Positions 25,170-37,278 of a stretch of DNA of 64,000 nt are shown here, piece by piece; position 1 is the first letter of the stretch; each line of letters opens with the position of its first letter. The stretch is taken from NCBI RefSeq assembly GCF_020745735.1, contig NC_083432.1, positions 37,472,533 through 37,536,532 on the forward strand. Reading direction: 5' to 3'. Under the pieces are notes generated by a model. The model saw nothing but the letters and a program-made list of their open reading frames with translations. It had not been told where the DNA came from and ran no database searches. The DNA comes from Hemiscyllium ocellatum. Taxonomy: Eukaryota. A program made the translations under genes and the position numbers.

Positions 25170-26010
25170 GCATAAGAACGTAAGAACTTGGAGCAGGAGT
25201 AGGCCATCTGGCCCTTGCAGCCTGCTCTGCCATTCAATAAAATCATGGCTCATCTTTTCGGGCCCTCAGCTCCATGTACCTGCCCTCTCACTGTAATCTT
25301 CAATACCTTCAATGTTCAAAAAAAAGGTCCATGTCCTCTTGTTGCAGTTTCACGTGCCAGTCGAAATATCCCCACGACATCTATCCTGTGTATTCCCTTC
25401 ATAATTTTATATGTCTCTCTAAAATCACCCCTGATTCTTACAAATTCCAATGAATATAATCGCATTCTACTCAGTTTCTCCTCATACGTCAACCCTCTCA
25501 AATCTGGAATCAACCTCATGAAGCTTTCTCAAGTAAGAGACCAAACCTGCACGCAGTACTCCAGATGTGGCCTCACCAGCACCCCATACAGCTGCAACAT
25601 AACCTCACTGCTTTTAAACTCAATTTCTTTCGCATTGTAGGACAACATTCCATTTGCCTTCCTAATTACGTGTTGTACCTGCATACGAACCTTCTACGAT
25701 TCATTAAAAAGGATGACCAGGTCCCTCTGCATAGCAGCACGCTGCAATGTTTACCTTTCAAGTAATAGTCCTTTTCACGGTTGCTCCTACCTAAATGGAT
25801 GATTTCACATTTATTAACATTGTATTCCATCTGCCAGATCTTTACCTACTCACTTGAAATATTTATGTTCCTCTGCAAAGTTTCCCAGTCCACCATACAC
25901 TTTGCTGTGCCATTCGTCTTAGTGTCATCTGCAAACTTTGAGACATTCCACACGTCCCCAACTCAAAACAACTATGTAAATTGTGAATAACTGTGGTCCC
26001 AACACTGTCC
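25170..26010 (-). mobile_element. CR1 LINE fragment carried in the duplicated unit
   Basis: RLIPDLRGLTYEEKL...RGDFRETYKIMKG; paralog at about 62296-62765. Confidence 0.8.
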
Positions 26011-26662
26011 CTATTCTTGATGATGAAGTGTATATTATCATTAAGATTATTGAAACACAAACTACATAAACGTTGCTACTGATGCAAGTAACTTCAAAAT
26101 TCTTCCCCGATGAGTACAATGATCAATTAACCACAATGAAAGTGTTTCCCACCGTTCAATAAATGAGTGGTGGACAGACTGGTGTCTGAGTTGGACGACA
26201 ACCTGGTGTTGCTCATGATAGTGACGCTGCAGGGATTATCCCTGAGACTGAGGTGTACACAATTATTTCAGCACAGTCTCTTCACAGTAGCTTGACATTT
26301 TGACAGACCTGAACTCAGACTTAGGCAGATCATGACCACCTGATTTTGTTTCTGTCTTTTAAATTAATCCAAGTAAAAAAGGCTTCTTTAGCTTAATTGA
26401 GAGAAATGTAAGTTCGAGTGACATATCAGTTTTCTTTTTATCAAGTAAATAGGCAGAATCATTATAATTAAATTTCAAAGGTATTTATTCTTCCAATATA
26501 CATACAGAAATAAACCACATGAACAGTGATAATAGCAGTGCACAGGTTTCCACGTTGAAAACTATTAACTGGACAACAATGTCTCTTTATCCGATATTCA
26601 CAGAAATTCTTTGCTGCTTTTGAACAATTATTATAATGTCATAAGTTCATTGTAACAAAGTC

Positions 26663-27322
26663 TTAACTGGACATCTGTTCTTCAGCTTTCTTCATCCCCA
26701 CATCCTTCCCACTCTCCTGTTTCTCTGTCTCTTGGTCAGGATTGAGCCGGGGTGTGGTTGTTGTCTCCGAGGTGATGTTGATGGGGAAGGTCCGTTCATT
26801 CACAGCTGGCAGTGCCAGGCGTGGGGCTTGGACTTTTAACTGACCGTCCTGTGACAAACAGCATCGAAGAGCTTCAGCATCAACATCCTCTGGCAGCTGG
26901 AATTCTCTCCTGAACTCTTCATATTTGTAGCTGTAACAGCCGCTGCCATCATCACATTTCTTCTCATGTTTTCCTGTCACCAGCACTTTTCTTCCAAATA
27001 CTTTCACCCTCAGGTCTTCTGGGGGGAAGTGCTGGACATTCAGAGACACAGAAAAGCGATTTCCCTCCTTGTCCTCGGATTGTCTTTTACCTTCTCCATT
27101 AGCATCAGATTTGTTGTCTCGAGTTCTTGGTATTTCCCCAAAACATTCTGCTGTCAGATCCTCAAGAACTCGATTGATGAAGTCCATGCCCTTTCTCGCT
27201 TCTTCCACCTGTTCCCACATGTTACATTCAAGTGGTTCCCAGAGCCTGTGTGAAACAGGCGCCAGTGTGTATACAGGCTGCTGGCACAGACGTGAAGGGT
27301 GGAAAGCCCGATATCTCAGCAT
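26663..27322 (-). CDS. hsp30: HSP30-like, copy 3 (219 aa)
   Basis: Intact ORF; AATAAA at 26484-26489 (minus). Confidence 0.93.
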   Translation of the reverse strand: MLRYRAFHPSRLCQQPVYTLAPVSHRLWEPLECNMWEQVEEARKGMDFINRVLEDLTAECFGEIPRTRDNKSDANGEGKRQSEDKEGNRFSVSLNVQHFPPEDLRVKVFGRKVLVTGKHEKKCDDGSGCYSYKYEEFRREFQLPEDVDAEALRCCLSQDGQLKVQAPRLALPAVNERTFPINITSETTTTPRLNPDQETEKQESGKDVGMKKAEEQMSS

Positions 27323-27415
27323 TGTCTCTGCCTCTTCTCTCACTTCCCTCAAACTGACTGATGTGAACTCCCAGTCTTCAGTCTCTGATCTGCTGCAGCA
27401 CTCTGAGCTCACACC

Positions 27416-27454
27416 TTATATATTCTACTGCCAGGAATCCAGACATTTCCAGAA
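27416..27454 (-). promoter_or_regulatory. HSE and TATA box, copy 3
   Basis: Same motif as copy 1. Confidence 0.85.
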
Positions 27455-28529
27455 TGTCCTCAGGTTTGCTGGGTTTATCACGTGAGCTGAAAATACACGA
27501 CGTCACATCTCAGCCTTACTTTAAACAAGAATGACTCGACTCAGTGACACCCACTGGAGGGCATCCACAGACTTCTGGAATGTACTCAGACAGTGACATC
27601 ATAGATGGGAGGGGCAATGTTAATGATTGGCAGCTGAGCAGAAGGCTGAGTCTGTGCAGGAAAGTGAGGGTTTGTTCAAACACAGAGGAGATTAATTTAT
27701 TGAAATAACAACTCATGACAAACAGGAATGACGAGGCAGTGTTTGGTTTTTCTAACATTCCAGTTTTCAGTGATTTTGTTGATATGAATGTGATATTGAT
27801 CTGTTTCAGATCAAAGGAATTGTAAATGAGATTTACTTAAGATCAGTAAAGTCTGGATTGCCTGCAGACAATTACCTTGTTTGTGATAATGATAGCATAT
27901 ATTAGAAAATGAAACAGCTCAAAATGAATCTGTCTCTTTTTGTATTATAAAAAGCCGTTGCAAATGAGGGTTTGGTACAGGACTTCCAGTTACTGCATAG
28001 AAAATGAAGAATGTGCAAAAATGGTTCAGCTCGACCCAGCAACAAACAAGGCCATTCGGTCCACCAGGCCGGTGTCATCCCTTTGGAAGCACTATCCAAT
28101 TACTCACATCTCCCATGACCTTTAACCAAACTCTGCAAGCTCTGTTTCCGCAAGTGTATGTACAATATCAGTTTGTGAGAGGCCTTTGAATCTGCTCCCT
28201 CTTCACATTAACATTGTCCTTTCCAGTGACATCAGACAGAAGTCCTAGAATGGGGGGATTAGTTTAAAAATAAGGTCCTGCCATCGTAGTTACATATCAC
28301 TAGAATTGTATTCTTTTGGGGGTTATCAGTTTAAATTCTCTTCCGCAGTGATCAGTGGAGGCTACAGCATTGAATGCATTTGAGGCTTTGTACAGATTGT
28401 TGTTTAAATAAGGAGTGATCAGTTATCTGGGAGACAGGATTGCAGTGTTCTGTCCACCATTAAATCTTTGTTGACCTTATGGAATACAGAAGCGTGTTTG
28501 ATGGGTGGAATGGCCTACTGATGTACATA

Positions 28530-29505
28530 ATAGCATAAGAACGTAAGACCTTGGAGCAGGAGTAGGCCATCTGGCCCTTCCAGCCTGCTCCATCACTCAA
28601 TAAGGTCATGGTTGATCTTTTTCAGCCCTCAGCTCCAGCTACCTGCCCTCTCACTGTAACCCTTAATTCCTTCATTGTACAAAAAAATCTATCTTAACTT
28701 TAAAAACCTTTACTGAAGTCGCATCAATGACTTCAGTGAGCTGAGAATTCTATAGATTCAAAACCCTCTGGGTGAAGAAGTTAATTTTTAATTCTGCTCC
28801 CCCTAATTTTGCGTCTGTGTCCTCTTGTTGCAATTTCACCTGCCAGTGGAATTATTTTCTCTACATTTCTCTGATCTACTCCCTTCATAATATTACGTGT
28901 TTCTATAAGATCCCCCCTCATTCTTTTCAATTTCAATGAATATAATCCCATTCTACTCAGTCTCTCCTTATAAATCAATCCCCTCAACTCCAGAATCAAT
29001 CGTGTGTAGCTCCTCTTCACTCTCTCTCATTCCAGTACATCCTTTCTCATGTAAGAGACCAAAAATGCACTCAATACTCCAGGTGTGGCCTCACGAGTAC
29101 CCTATACAGTTGCAACATAGCGTTCCTGCTTTTCAACTCAATCATTTTTGCAATGAAAGACAACATTCTATTTGGGTTCCTAATTAGGTGTTGTACCACC
29201 AACCTTTGATGATTCATGCACACGGACACCCAGATCCCTCTGCATCGCCGCACGCTGCAACGTTTTACCATTCAAGTGATTGTCCTTTATATTGTTACTC
29301 TTACCTAAATGGTTGACCTCATATTTATTAACACTGCATTCTTTCTGCCAGAGCTTTACCTACTCACTTGAAATATCTCAGTTCCTCTGCAAAGTTTCAT
29401 AGTCCACCACACACTTTGCTGTGCCACTCTGAAAACTTTGAGACATTACACGTGGTCCTCAACTCCAAATCATCTCTGTAAATTGTGATTGTGGTCCCAA
29501 CACTT
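28530..29505 (-). mobile_element. CR1 LINE fragment (duplicated unit)
   Basis: LYRVLVRPHLEY and RMRGDLIET. Confidence 0.85.
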
Positions 29506-29867
29506 CCTATTTTTTACATTGAAGTGTGTAGTATCATTAATATTGTTGAAGCTGAAACTGACATATCTGTTGCTTCTGATGGAAGTAACTTCAACTTCTC
29601 TTTGAGAATTATGTAAGTTAGAGTGATACATCAGTTTCCTTTTTATCAAGTAAATAGGCACAATCATGATAATTAAATTTCAAAAGTATTTATTCTTCCA
29701 ATATAAATTCAAAAATAAACCACAAGAACATTGATAACAGCACTTTACAGGTTTCCAAGTAGAAAACTATTAATTGGACAGCAATATCTCTTTATCTCAC
29801 ATTCACAGAAATTCATTGCTGCTTTTGAACAATTATTACATCTTCAGCTGTTCATTGTAACAGAGTC

Positions 29868-30527
29868 TTAACTGTTCATCTGTTCTTCAGCTTTCTTGTT
29901 CCCAACATCCTTCCCACTCTCCTGTTCCTCTGCCTCTTGGTCAGGATTGAGCCGGGGAGAGGTTGTTGTCTCCGTGGTGATGTTGATGGGGACGGTCCGT
30001 TCATTCACAGCTGGCAGTGCCAGGCGCGGGGCTTGAACCTTTAACTGACCGTCCTGTGACAAACAGCATCGAAGAGCTTCAGAATCGACATCCTCTGGCA
30101 GCTGGAATTCTCTCCTGAACTCTTCATATTTGTAGCTGTAACAGCCACTGCCATCATCACATTTCTTCTCGTGTTTTCCTGTCACCAGCACTTTTCTTCC
30201 AATTACTTTCACCCTCAGGTCTTCTGGGGGGAAGTGCTGGACATTCAGGGACACAGAAATGCCATCTCCATCCTTGTCCTCGGATTGTCTTTTTCCGTCT
30301 CCACGAGCATCAGATTTGTTGTCTTGAGTTCTTGGTATTTCCCCAAAACATTCTGCTGTCAGATCCTCAAGAACTCGATTGATGAAGTCCATGCCCTTTC
30401 TCGCTTCTTCCACCTGTTCCCACATGTTACATTCAAGTGGTTCCCAGAGCCTGTGTGAAACAGTCGCCAGTGTGTATACAGGCTGCTGGCACAGCCGTGA
30501 AGGGTGGAAAGCCCGATAGCTCAGCAT
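29868..30527 (-). CDS. hsp30: HSP30-like, copy 4 (219 aa)
   Basis: Intact ORF. Confidence 0.93.
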   Translation of the reverse strand: MLSYRAFHPSRLCQQPVYTLATVSHRLWEPLECNMWEQVEEARKGMDFINRVLEDLTAECFGEIPRTQDNKSDARGDGKRQSEDKDGDGISVSLNVQHFPPEDLRVKVIGRKVLVTGKHEKKCDDGSGCYSYKYEEFRREFQLPEDVDSEALRCCLSQDGQLKVQAPRLALPAVNERTVPINITTETTTSPRLNPDQEAEEQESGKDVGNKKAEEQMNS

Positions 30528-30620
30528 TGTCTCTGCCTCTTCTCTCACTTCCCTCAAACTGACTGATGTGAACTCCCAGTCTTCAGTCTCTGATCTGCTG
30601 CAGCACTCTGAGCTCACACC

Positions 30621-30659
30621 TTATATATTCTACTGCCAGGAATCCAGACATTTCCAGAA
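30621..30659 (-). promoter_or_regulatory. HSE and TATA box, copy 4
   Basis: Same motif as copy 1. Confidence 0.85.
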
Positions 30660-31044
30660 TGTCCTCAGGTTTGCTGGGTTTATCACGTGAGCTGAAAATA
30701 CACAACGTCACATCTCAGCCTTACTTTAAACAAGAAAGACACGACTCAGTGACACCCACTGGAGGGCATCCACAGACTTCTGGAATGTACTCAGACAGTG
30801 ACATCATAGATGGGAGGGGCAATGTTAATGATTGACAGCTGAGCAGAAGGCTGAGTCTGTGCAGGAAAGTGAGGGTTTGTTCAAACACAGAGGAGATTAA
30901 TTTATTGAAATAACAACTCATGACAAACAGGAATGACGAGGCAGTGTTTGGTTTTTCTAACATTCCCGTTTTCAGTGACTTTCTTGGTATGAACGTGATA
31001 TTGATCTGTTTCAGATGGAAGGAATTATAAATTAGTTTTATTTA

Positions 31045-31259
31045 GTAAAAAAAATCAACAACACCACGTTATAGTGCAATAGGTTTAATTGGGAGCACAC
31101 TAGCTTTCGGAGTGACACTTCTTCGTCACAATCAACTGATGAAGGAGCGTCGGTCCCAAAGCTTGTGTGTTTCCTATTAAACCTGTTGGACTATAACCTG
31201 GTGTTGTGTGATTTTTAACTTTGTACACCCCAGTCCAAAACCGGCATCTCCAAATCATG
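31045..31259. mobile_element. Short palindromic insertion, probably Penelope pLTR-derived; also at about 37664-37820 and 53650-53806
   Basis: Inverted arms, CTGATGAAGGAGC core, AGTTTTATTTA TSD; absent upstream of copies 2, 3 and 8. Confidence 0.7.
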
Positions 31260-32519
31260 AGTTTTATTTAAGTTCAGTGAAGTCTGGATTGCCTGCAGAC
31301 TATTTCCTTGTTTATGATGATAACACATTTTAAAAAATGAGATACTTTGAAATGAAGCTGTGCCCTTTCATATTATGAAACCCCGTTGTGAATCTTGGGT
31401 TTGATATAATATTTCCAATTATAGAAAATGAAGAATGCGGAAAAATTGCTTTAGATCAACTCAGCAACAAACAAGGCCATTCGGTCCACCAGGCAGGTGT
31501 GATCCCTTTGGAAGCACTATCCAATTACCCGCATCTCCCATGGTCTTTTCCCGAACTCTGCAAATTCTGTTTTAGCAAGCGCATGTCCAATTCCAGTTGG
31601 TGAGAGGTCTCCATCAGTGACTGCTCTGGAGGAATTCCAGAGTCTTCCGGAATGTACTCAGAGAGTGACATCACAGATGGGAGGAGCAATGTTAATGATT
31701 GACAACTGAGCAGAAGGCTCGGAATGTGCAGGAAAGTGAGAGTTTGTAAAAGCAGAAAGGGGATTAATTGATTGAAATATAAACTCATGTCATGAGATAA
31801 TGAAGTGGCAGTATTTGTTTTTCTGACTTTGGTATTTTAAATGAGTTGAATGAGATTGATGTGAAATTTATCACCGAGAAAAATGGGGAGAAAGTCACAT
31901 CAGCCGCTTTTAAATTGAATAAAGTATTTATTCCGTCCTTAAAGCCATTTGGTGTTTTGTAATTGGGAAGCACTATCCAATTACTCACATCTCCCATACT
32001 CTACTCCCAAACTCTGCAAGTTTTAGCAAGTGTATGCACAATTCCAGTTTGTGAGAGTCCTTAGAGTCTGTTCCCTGAGGTTTAAGGTGAGAGAGGAAAG
32101 ATGTAAAACAGTCCTACAGGGCAACTTCTTCACAATGAGGGTGGTACATGTATGGAATGAGCTGCCAGAGCAAGTGGTGGAGTCTGGTACAATTGCAACA
32201 TTTAAGAGGCATTTGAATGGGTATATGAATAGGAAGGGTTTGGAGGGATATGGGCTGTGTGCTGGCAGATGGGACGAGATTGTGTTGGGATATCTGGTCG
32301 ACATGGATGGGTTGGACCGAAGCGTCTGTTTCCATGCTGTAAATCTCTATCACTCTATGATTCTAAATAGCACAACAGAAGGAGAATAACTAACTGTATT
32401 TAGGTTCAATATTAATTCAGAATCTCTGATAATTGTACTGCATGTAATATGTTTGTAATGGAACTCCTGTGGCATTGCTCGCTTCTACTTGAGCACTATT
32501 GAGATTGCTAATATTTCTT

Positions 32520-34336
32520 CGAGGAGAAAGTGAGGACTGCAGATGCTGGAGTACAGAGCTGAAAATGTGTTGCTGGAAAAGCGCAGCAGGTAGCATCCAA
32601 AGAGCAGGAGAATTGACGTTTCGGGCATGAGCCCTTCTTCAGGAATGAGGAAAGTGTGTCCAGCAGGCTAAGATAAAAGGTAGGGAGGAGGGACTTGGGG
32701 GAGATGGGTGGAAGGAGGTCAAGGTGAGGGTGATAGGCAGGAGTGGGGGTGGGGGCGGAGAGGTCAGGAAGAAGATTGCAGGTTAGGAAGACGGTGCTGA
32801 GTTCGAGAGATTTGACTGAGACAAGGTGGGGGGGAGGGGAAATGAGGAAACTGGAGAAATCTGAGTTCATCCCTTGTGGTTGGAGGGTTCCTAGGCAGAA
32901 AATGAGGCGTTCTTCCTCCAGCCGTCTTGTTGCTATGGTCTGGTGATGGAGGAGTCCAGGACCTGCATGTCCTTGGTGGAGTGAGAGGGGGAGTTGAAGT
33001 GTTGAGCCACTGGGTGGTTGGGTTGGTTGGTCTGGGTCTCCCGGACGTGTTCTCTGAAATGTTCTGCAAGTAGGCGGCCTGTCTCCCCAACATAGAGGAG
33101 GCCACATCAGGTGCAGCAGATGCAGTAAATGATGTGTGTGGAGGTGCAGGTGAATTTGTGGTGGATATGGAAGGATCCCTTGGGGCCTTGGAGGGAAGTA
33201 AGGGGGGAGATGTGGGCACAAGTTTTGCATTTCTTGCGGTTGCAGGGGAAGGTGCCGGGAGTGGATGTTGGATTGTTGGGGGGGGGGTGTGTGGACCCGA
33301 CAAGGGAGTCACGGAGGGAGTGGTCTTTTCGGAACGCTGATAGGGGAGGGGAGGGAAATATATCTCTGATGGTGAGGTCCGTTTGGAGGTGGCAGAAATG
33401 CCGACGGATGATACGATGTATATGGAGGTTGTTGGGGTGGTAGGTGAGGAGCAGTGGGGTTCTGTCCTGGTGGCGGTTGGAGGAGCGGGAAGTGGAGGAG
33501 ATGCGTTGGAGCGCATCGTCAATCATGTCTGGGGGGAAATTGCAGTCTTTGAAGAAGGAGACCATCTGTGTTGTACGGTATTGAAACTGGTCCTCTTGGG
33601 AGCAGATGCGGCGGAGACGAAGGAATTGGGAGTATGGGATGGTGTTTTTACAGGGGGCAGGGTAGGAGGAGGTGTAGTCTAGGTTGCTGTGGGAGTCGGT
33701 CGGTTTATAGTTAATGTCCGTGTTGATTCGTTCGCCCGAGATAGAAATGGAAAGGTCTAGGAAAGGGAGGGAGGAGTCTGAGACAGTCCAGGTACGTTTG
33801 AGGTCAGGGTGGAAGGTGTTAGTAAAGTGGATGAATTGTTCAACCTCCTCGTGGGAGTATGAGGCAGCGCCGATACAGTCATCGATGTAGCAGAGGAAAA
33901 GGGGGGTGGTGCCAGTGTAGCTGCAGAAGATGGACTGTTCCACATATCCTTCAAAGAGGCAGGCATAGCTGGGGCCCATGCGAGTGCCCATAGCTACTCC
34001 TTTGGTTTGAAGGAAGTGGGAGGATTGGAAAGAGAAGTTGTTCATGGTGAGGACCAGTTCAGTCAGTCGAAGGAGGGTGTCAGTGGAAGGGTACTGGTTG
34101 GTACGGTGGGAAAGGAAGAAGCAGAGGGCTTTGAGTCCTTTGTGTTGGGGGTTGGAGGTGTACAGGGACTGGATGTCCATGGTGAAGATAAGGCGTTGGG
34201 GACCGGGGAAGCAAAAATCATGAAGGAGGTGGAGGGCGTGGGTGGTGTCCTGAACGTAGGTGGGGAGTTCTTCGACTAAGGGGGACAGGACCGTGTCGAG
34301 GTATGCAGAGATGGGTTCTGAAGGGCAGGAGCAGGC
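32520..34336 (-). mobile_element. Penelope-like retroelement, 5'-truncated (RT, GIY-YIG, pLTR)
   Basis: MDIQSLYT, GVAMGTRMGPSYA, YIDD, IIYCICC; 14-bp TSD at 32506 and 34337. Confidence 0.92.
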
Positions 34337-34834
34337 TGTTAATATTTCTTGCTGTTCTGCTAATCACTTGCTTGTCAGTCAGTGTGATCCAGTAAATGAG
34401 CTGATGGAACCAAGTTTCTGAATGGCATTGAGGGAAATATTACACAGCTTTCTGATGCTGTAGATAGGAACCATTCATTGAAACATTAGATTCAAAGGGT
34501 CTTGACATGGTAGATGCTAAACTGATATGTCACATCAGACAGAAATCCTGGAATCAGAGGATTAGTTTAAAAATAAGGTCCTGCCCATCAAAGGTACATA
34601 TCACTAGAATTGTATTGTTTTGGGGGCTATCAGTTTGAATTCTCTTCTCCAGTGATCAGTGGAGGCTACAGCATTGAATGCGTTTTAGGCGTTGTACAGA
34701 TTGTTGTTTAAATAAGGAGTGATCAGTTATCTGGGAGGCAGGATTGCAGTGTTCTGTCCACCATTAAATCTTTGTTGACCTTATGGAATACAGAAACTTG
34801 TTTGATGGGTGGAATGGCCTACTGATGTACATAA

Positions 34835-35830
34835 TAGCATAAGAACGTAAGACCTTGGAGCAGGAGTAGGCCATCTGGCCCTTCCAGCCTGCTCCATCAC
34901 TCAATAAGGTCATGGTTGATCTTTCTGAGCCCTCAGCTCCACCTACCTGCCCTCTCACTGTAACCCTTAATTCCTTCATTGTTCAAAAAAATCTATCTTA
35001 ACTTTAAAAACCTTTACTGAAGTACCGTTAATGACTTCAGCGTGCAGAGAATTCCATAGATTCACAACCCTCTGGGTGAAGAAGTTAATTTTTAATACTG
35101 CTCCCCCAAATTTTGAGTCTGTGTCCTCTTGTCGCAATTTCACCTGCCAGTGGAAATATTTTCTCTGCGTTTATCTGATCTACTCCCTTCATAATATTAC
35201 GTGTTTCTATAAGATCCCCCCTCATTCTTTTAAATTTCAATGAATATAATCCCATTCTACACAGTCTCTCCTCATACGTCAATCCCCTCAACTACAGAAT
35301 CAATCGTGTGTAGCTCCTCTTCAGCCTCTCTCATTCCAGTATATCCTTTCTCATGTAAGAGACCAAAAATGCACTCAATACTCCAGGTGTGGCCTCACAA
35401 GTCCCCTATACAGCTGCAACATAGCGTTCCTGCTTTTAAACTCAATCATTTTTGCAATGAAAGACAACATTCTATTTGCGTTCCTAATTAGGTGTTGTAC
35501 CTGCATACCAACCTTTGATGATTCATTCACACGGACACCCAGATCCCTCTGCATCGCAGCACGCTGCAACGTTTTACCGTTCAAGTAATTGTCCTTTATA
35601 TTGTTACCCTTAGCTAAATGGATGACCTCATATTTATTAACACTGCATTCTTTCTGCCAGACCTTTACCTACTCACTTGAAATATCTAAGTTCCTCTGCA
35701 AAGATTCATAGTGCACCACACACTTTGCTGTGCCACTCATCTTAGTGTCATCTGAAAAATTTGAGACATTACACGTGGTCCTCAACTCCAAATCATCTCT
35801 GTAAATTGCGAATGATTGTGGTCCCAACAC
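34835..35830 (-). mobile_element. CR1 LINE fragment (duplicated unit)
   Basis: Paralog of 28530-29505 and 55890-56880. Confidence 0.85.
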
Positions 35831-36537
35831 TTCGTATTTTTAATGTTGAAGTGTGTAGTATCATTAATATTGGTGAAACAGAAACTGACATATCTGTTTC
35901 TTCTGATGGAAGTAACTTCATCTTCTCTCGCTGACAGTTACAATGATCAATTAACCACAATGAAAGTGTTTCCCACCATTCAATAACTGAGTGTTGGACA
36001 GACTGGTGTCTGAGTTGGATGACAACCTGTTGTTGCTCATGATTGTGATGCTGTTGGGATTATCCCTGAGACTGAGGTGTACACAATTATTTCAGCACAG
36101 TCTCTTCACAGTAGCTTGACCTTTTTGACAGACCTGAGCTCAGACGTAGGCAGATCTTGACCACCTGATTTTGTTTCTGTCTTTAAATTAATCCAAGTGA
36201 AAAAGGCTTCTTTCCCTTAATTGAGAATTATGTAAGTTAGAGTGATACATCACTTTTCGTTTTATCAAGAAAATAGGCAGAATCATTATAATTAAATTTC
36301 AAAAGTATTTATTCTTCCAATAAACATTCAAAAATAAACCACAAGAACATTGATAACAGCACTTTACAGGTTTCCAAGTTGAAAACTATTAATTTGACAG
36401 CAATATCTCTTTATCTCACATTCACAGAAATTCATTGCTGCTTTTAAACAATTCTTACATCTTCAGCTGTTCATTGTAACAGAGTCTTAACTGGGCATCT
36501 GTTCTTCAGCTTTCTTGATCCCCACATCCTTCCCACT

Positions 36538-37146
36538 CTACTGTTTCTCTGCCTCTTGGTCAGGATTGAGCCGGGGAGTGGTTGTTGTCTCCGAGGTGAT
36601 GTTGATGGGGACGGTCCGTTCATTCACAGCTGGCAGTGCCAGGCGCGGGGCTTGAACCTTTAACTGACCGTCCTGTGACAAACAGCATCGAAGAGCTTCA
36701 GCATCGACATCCTCTGGCAGCTGGAATTCTCTCCTGAACTCTTCATATTTGTAGCTGTAACAGCCGCTGCCATCATCACATTTCTTCTCGTGTTTTCCTG
36801 TCACCAGCACTTTTCTTCCAATTACTTTCACACTCAGGTCTTCTGGGGGGAAGTGTTGGACATTCAGGGACACAGAAAAGCCATCTCCATCCTTGTCCTC
36901 GGATTGTCTTTTATCTTCTCCATTAGCATCAGATTTCTTGTCTCGAGTTCTTGGTATTTCCCCAAAACATTCTGCTGTCAGATCCTCAAGAACTCGATTG
37001 ATGATGTTCATGCCCTTTCTCGCTTCTTCCACCTGTTCCCACATGTTACATTCAAGTGGTTCCCAGAGCCTGTGTGAAACAGGCGCCAGTGTGTATAAAG
37101 GCTGCTGGCACAGACGTGAAGGGTGGAAAGCCCGATAGCTCAGCAT
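36538..37146 (-). CDS. hsp30: HSP30-like, copy 5, C-terminally truncated (202 aa)
   Basis: GAG>TAG 17 codons before the ancestral TAA at 36487-36489; crystallin domain and IXI motif intact. Confidence 0.85.
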   Translation of the reverse strand: MLSYRAFHPSRLCQQPLYTLAPVSHRLWEPLECNMWEQVEEARKGMNIINRVLEDLTAECFGEIPRTRDKKSDANGEDKRQSEDKDGDGFSVSLNVQHFPPEDLSVKVIGRKVLVTGKHEKKCDDGSGCYSYKYEEFRREFQLPEDVDAEALRCCLSQDGQLKVQAPRLALPAVNERTVPINITSETTTTPRLNPDQEAEKQ

Positions 37147-37239
37147 TGTCTCTGCCTCTTCTCTCACTTCCCTCAAACTGACTGATGTGAACTCCCAGTC
37201 TTCAGTCTCTGATCTGCTGCAGCACTCTGAGCTCACACC

Positions 37240-37278
37240 TTATATATTCTACTGCCAGGAATCCAGACATTTCCAGAA
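37240..37278 (-). promoter_or_regulatory. HSE and TATA box, copy 5
   Basis: Same motif as copy 1. Confidence 0.85.

Noticed and set aside
27516-27758. Repeated 80-aa ORF (MLEKPNT...) and the related MSLYFNQ... ORFs
   Set aside because: Translations of duplicated promoter DNA with no recognisable domain and variable ends.
32764-33522. Pro/Thr-rich ORFs of about 250 aa (also 58186-58956, 32508-33230)
   Set aside because: Alternative frames of the C-rich Penelope sequence.
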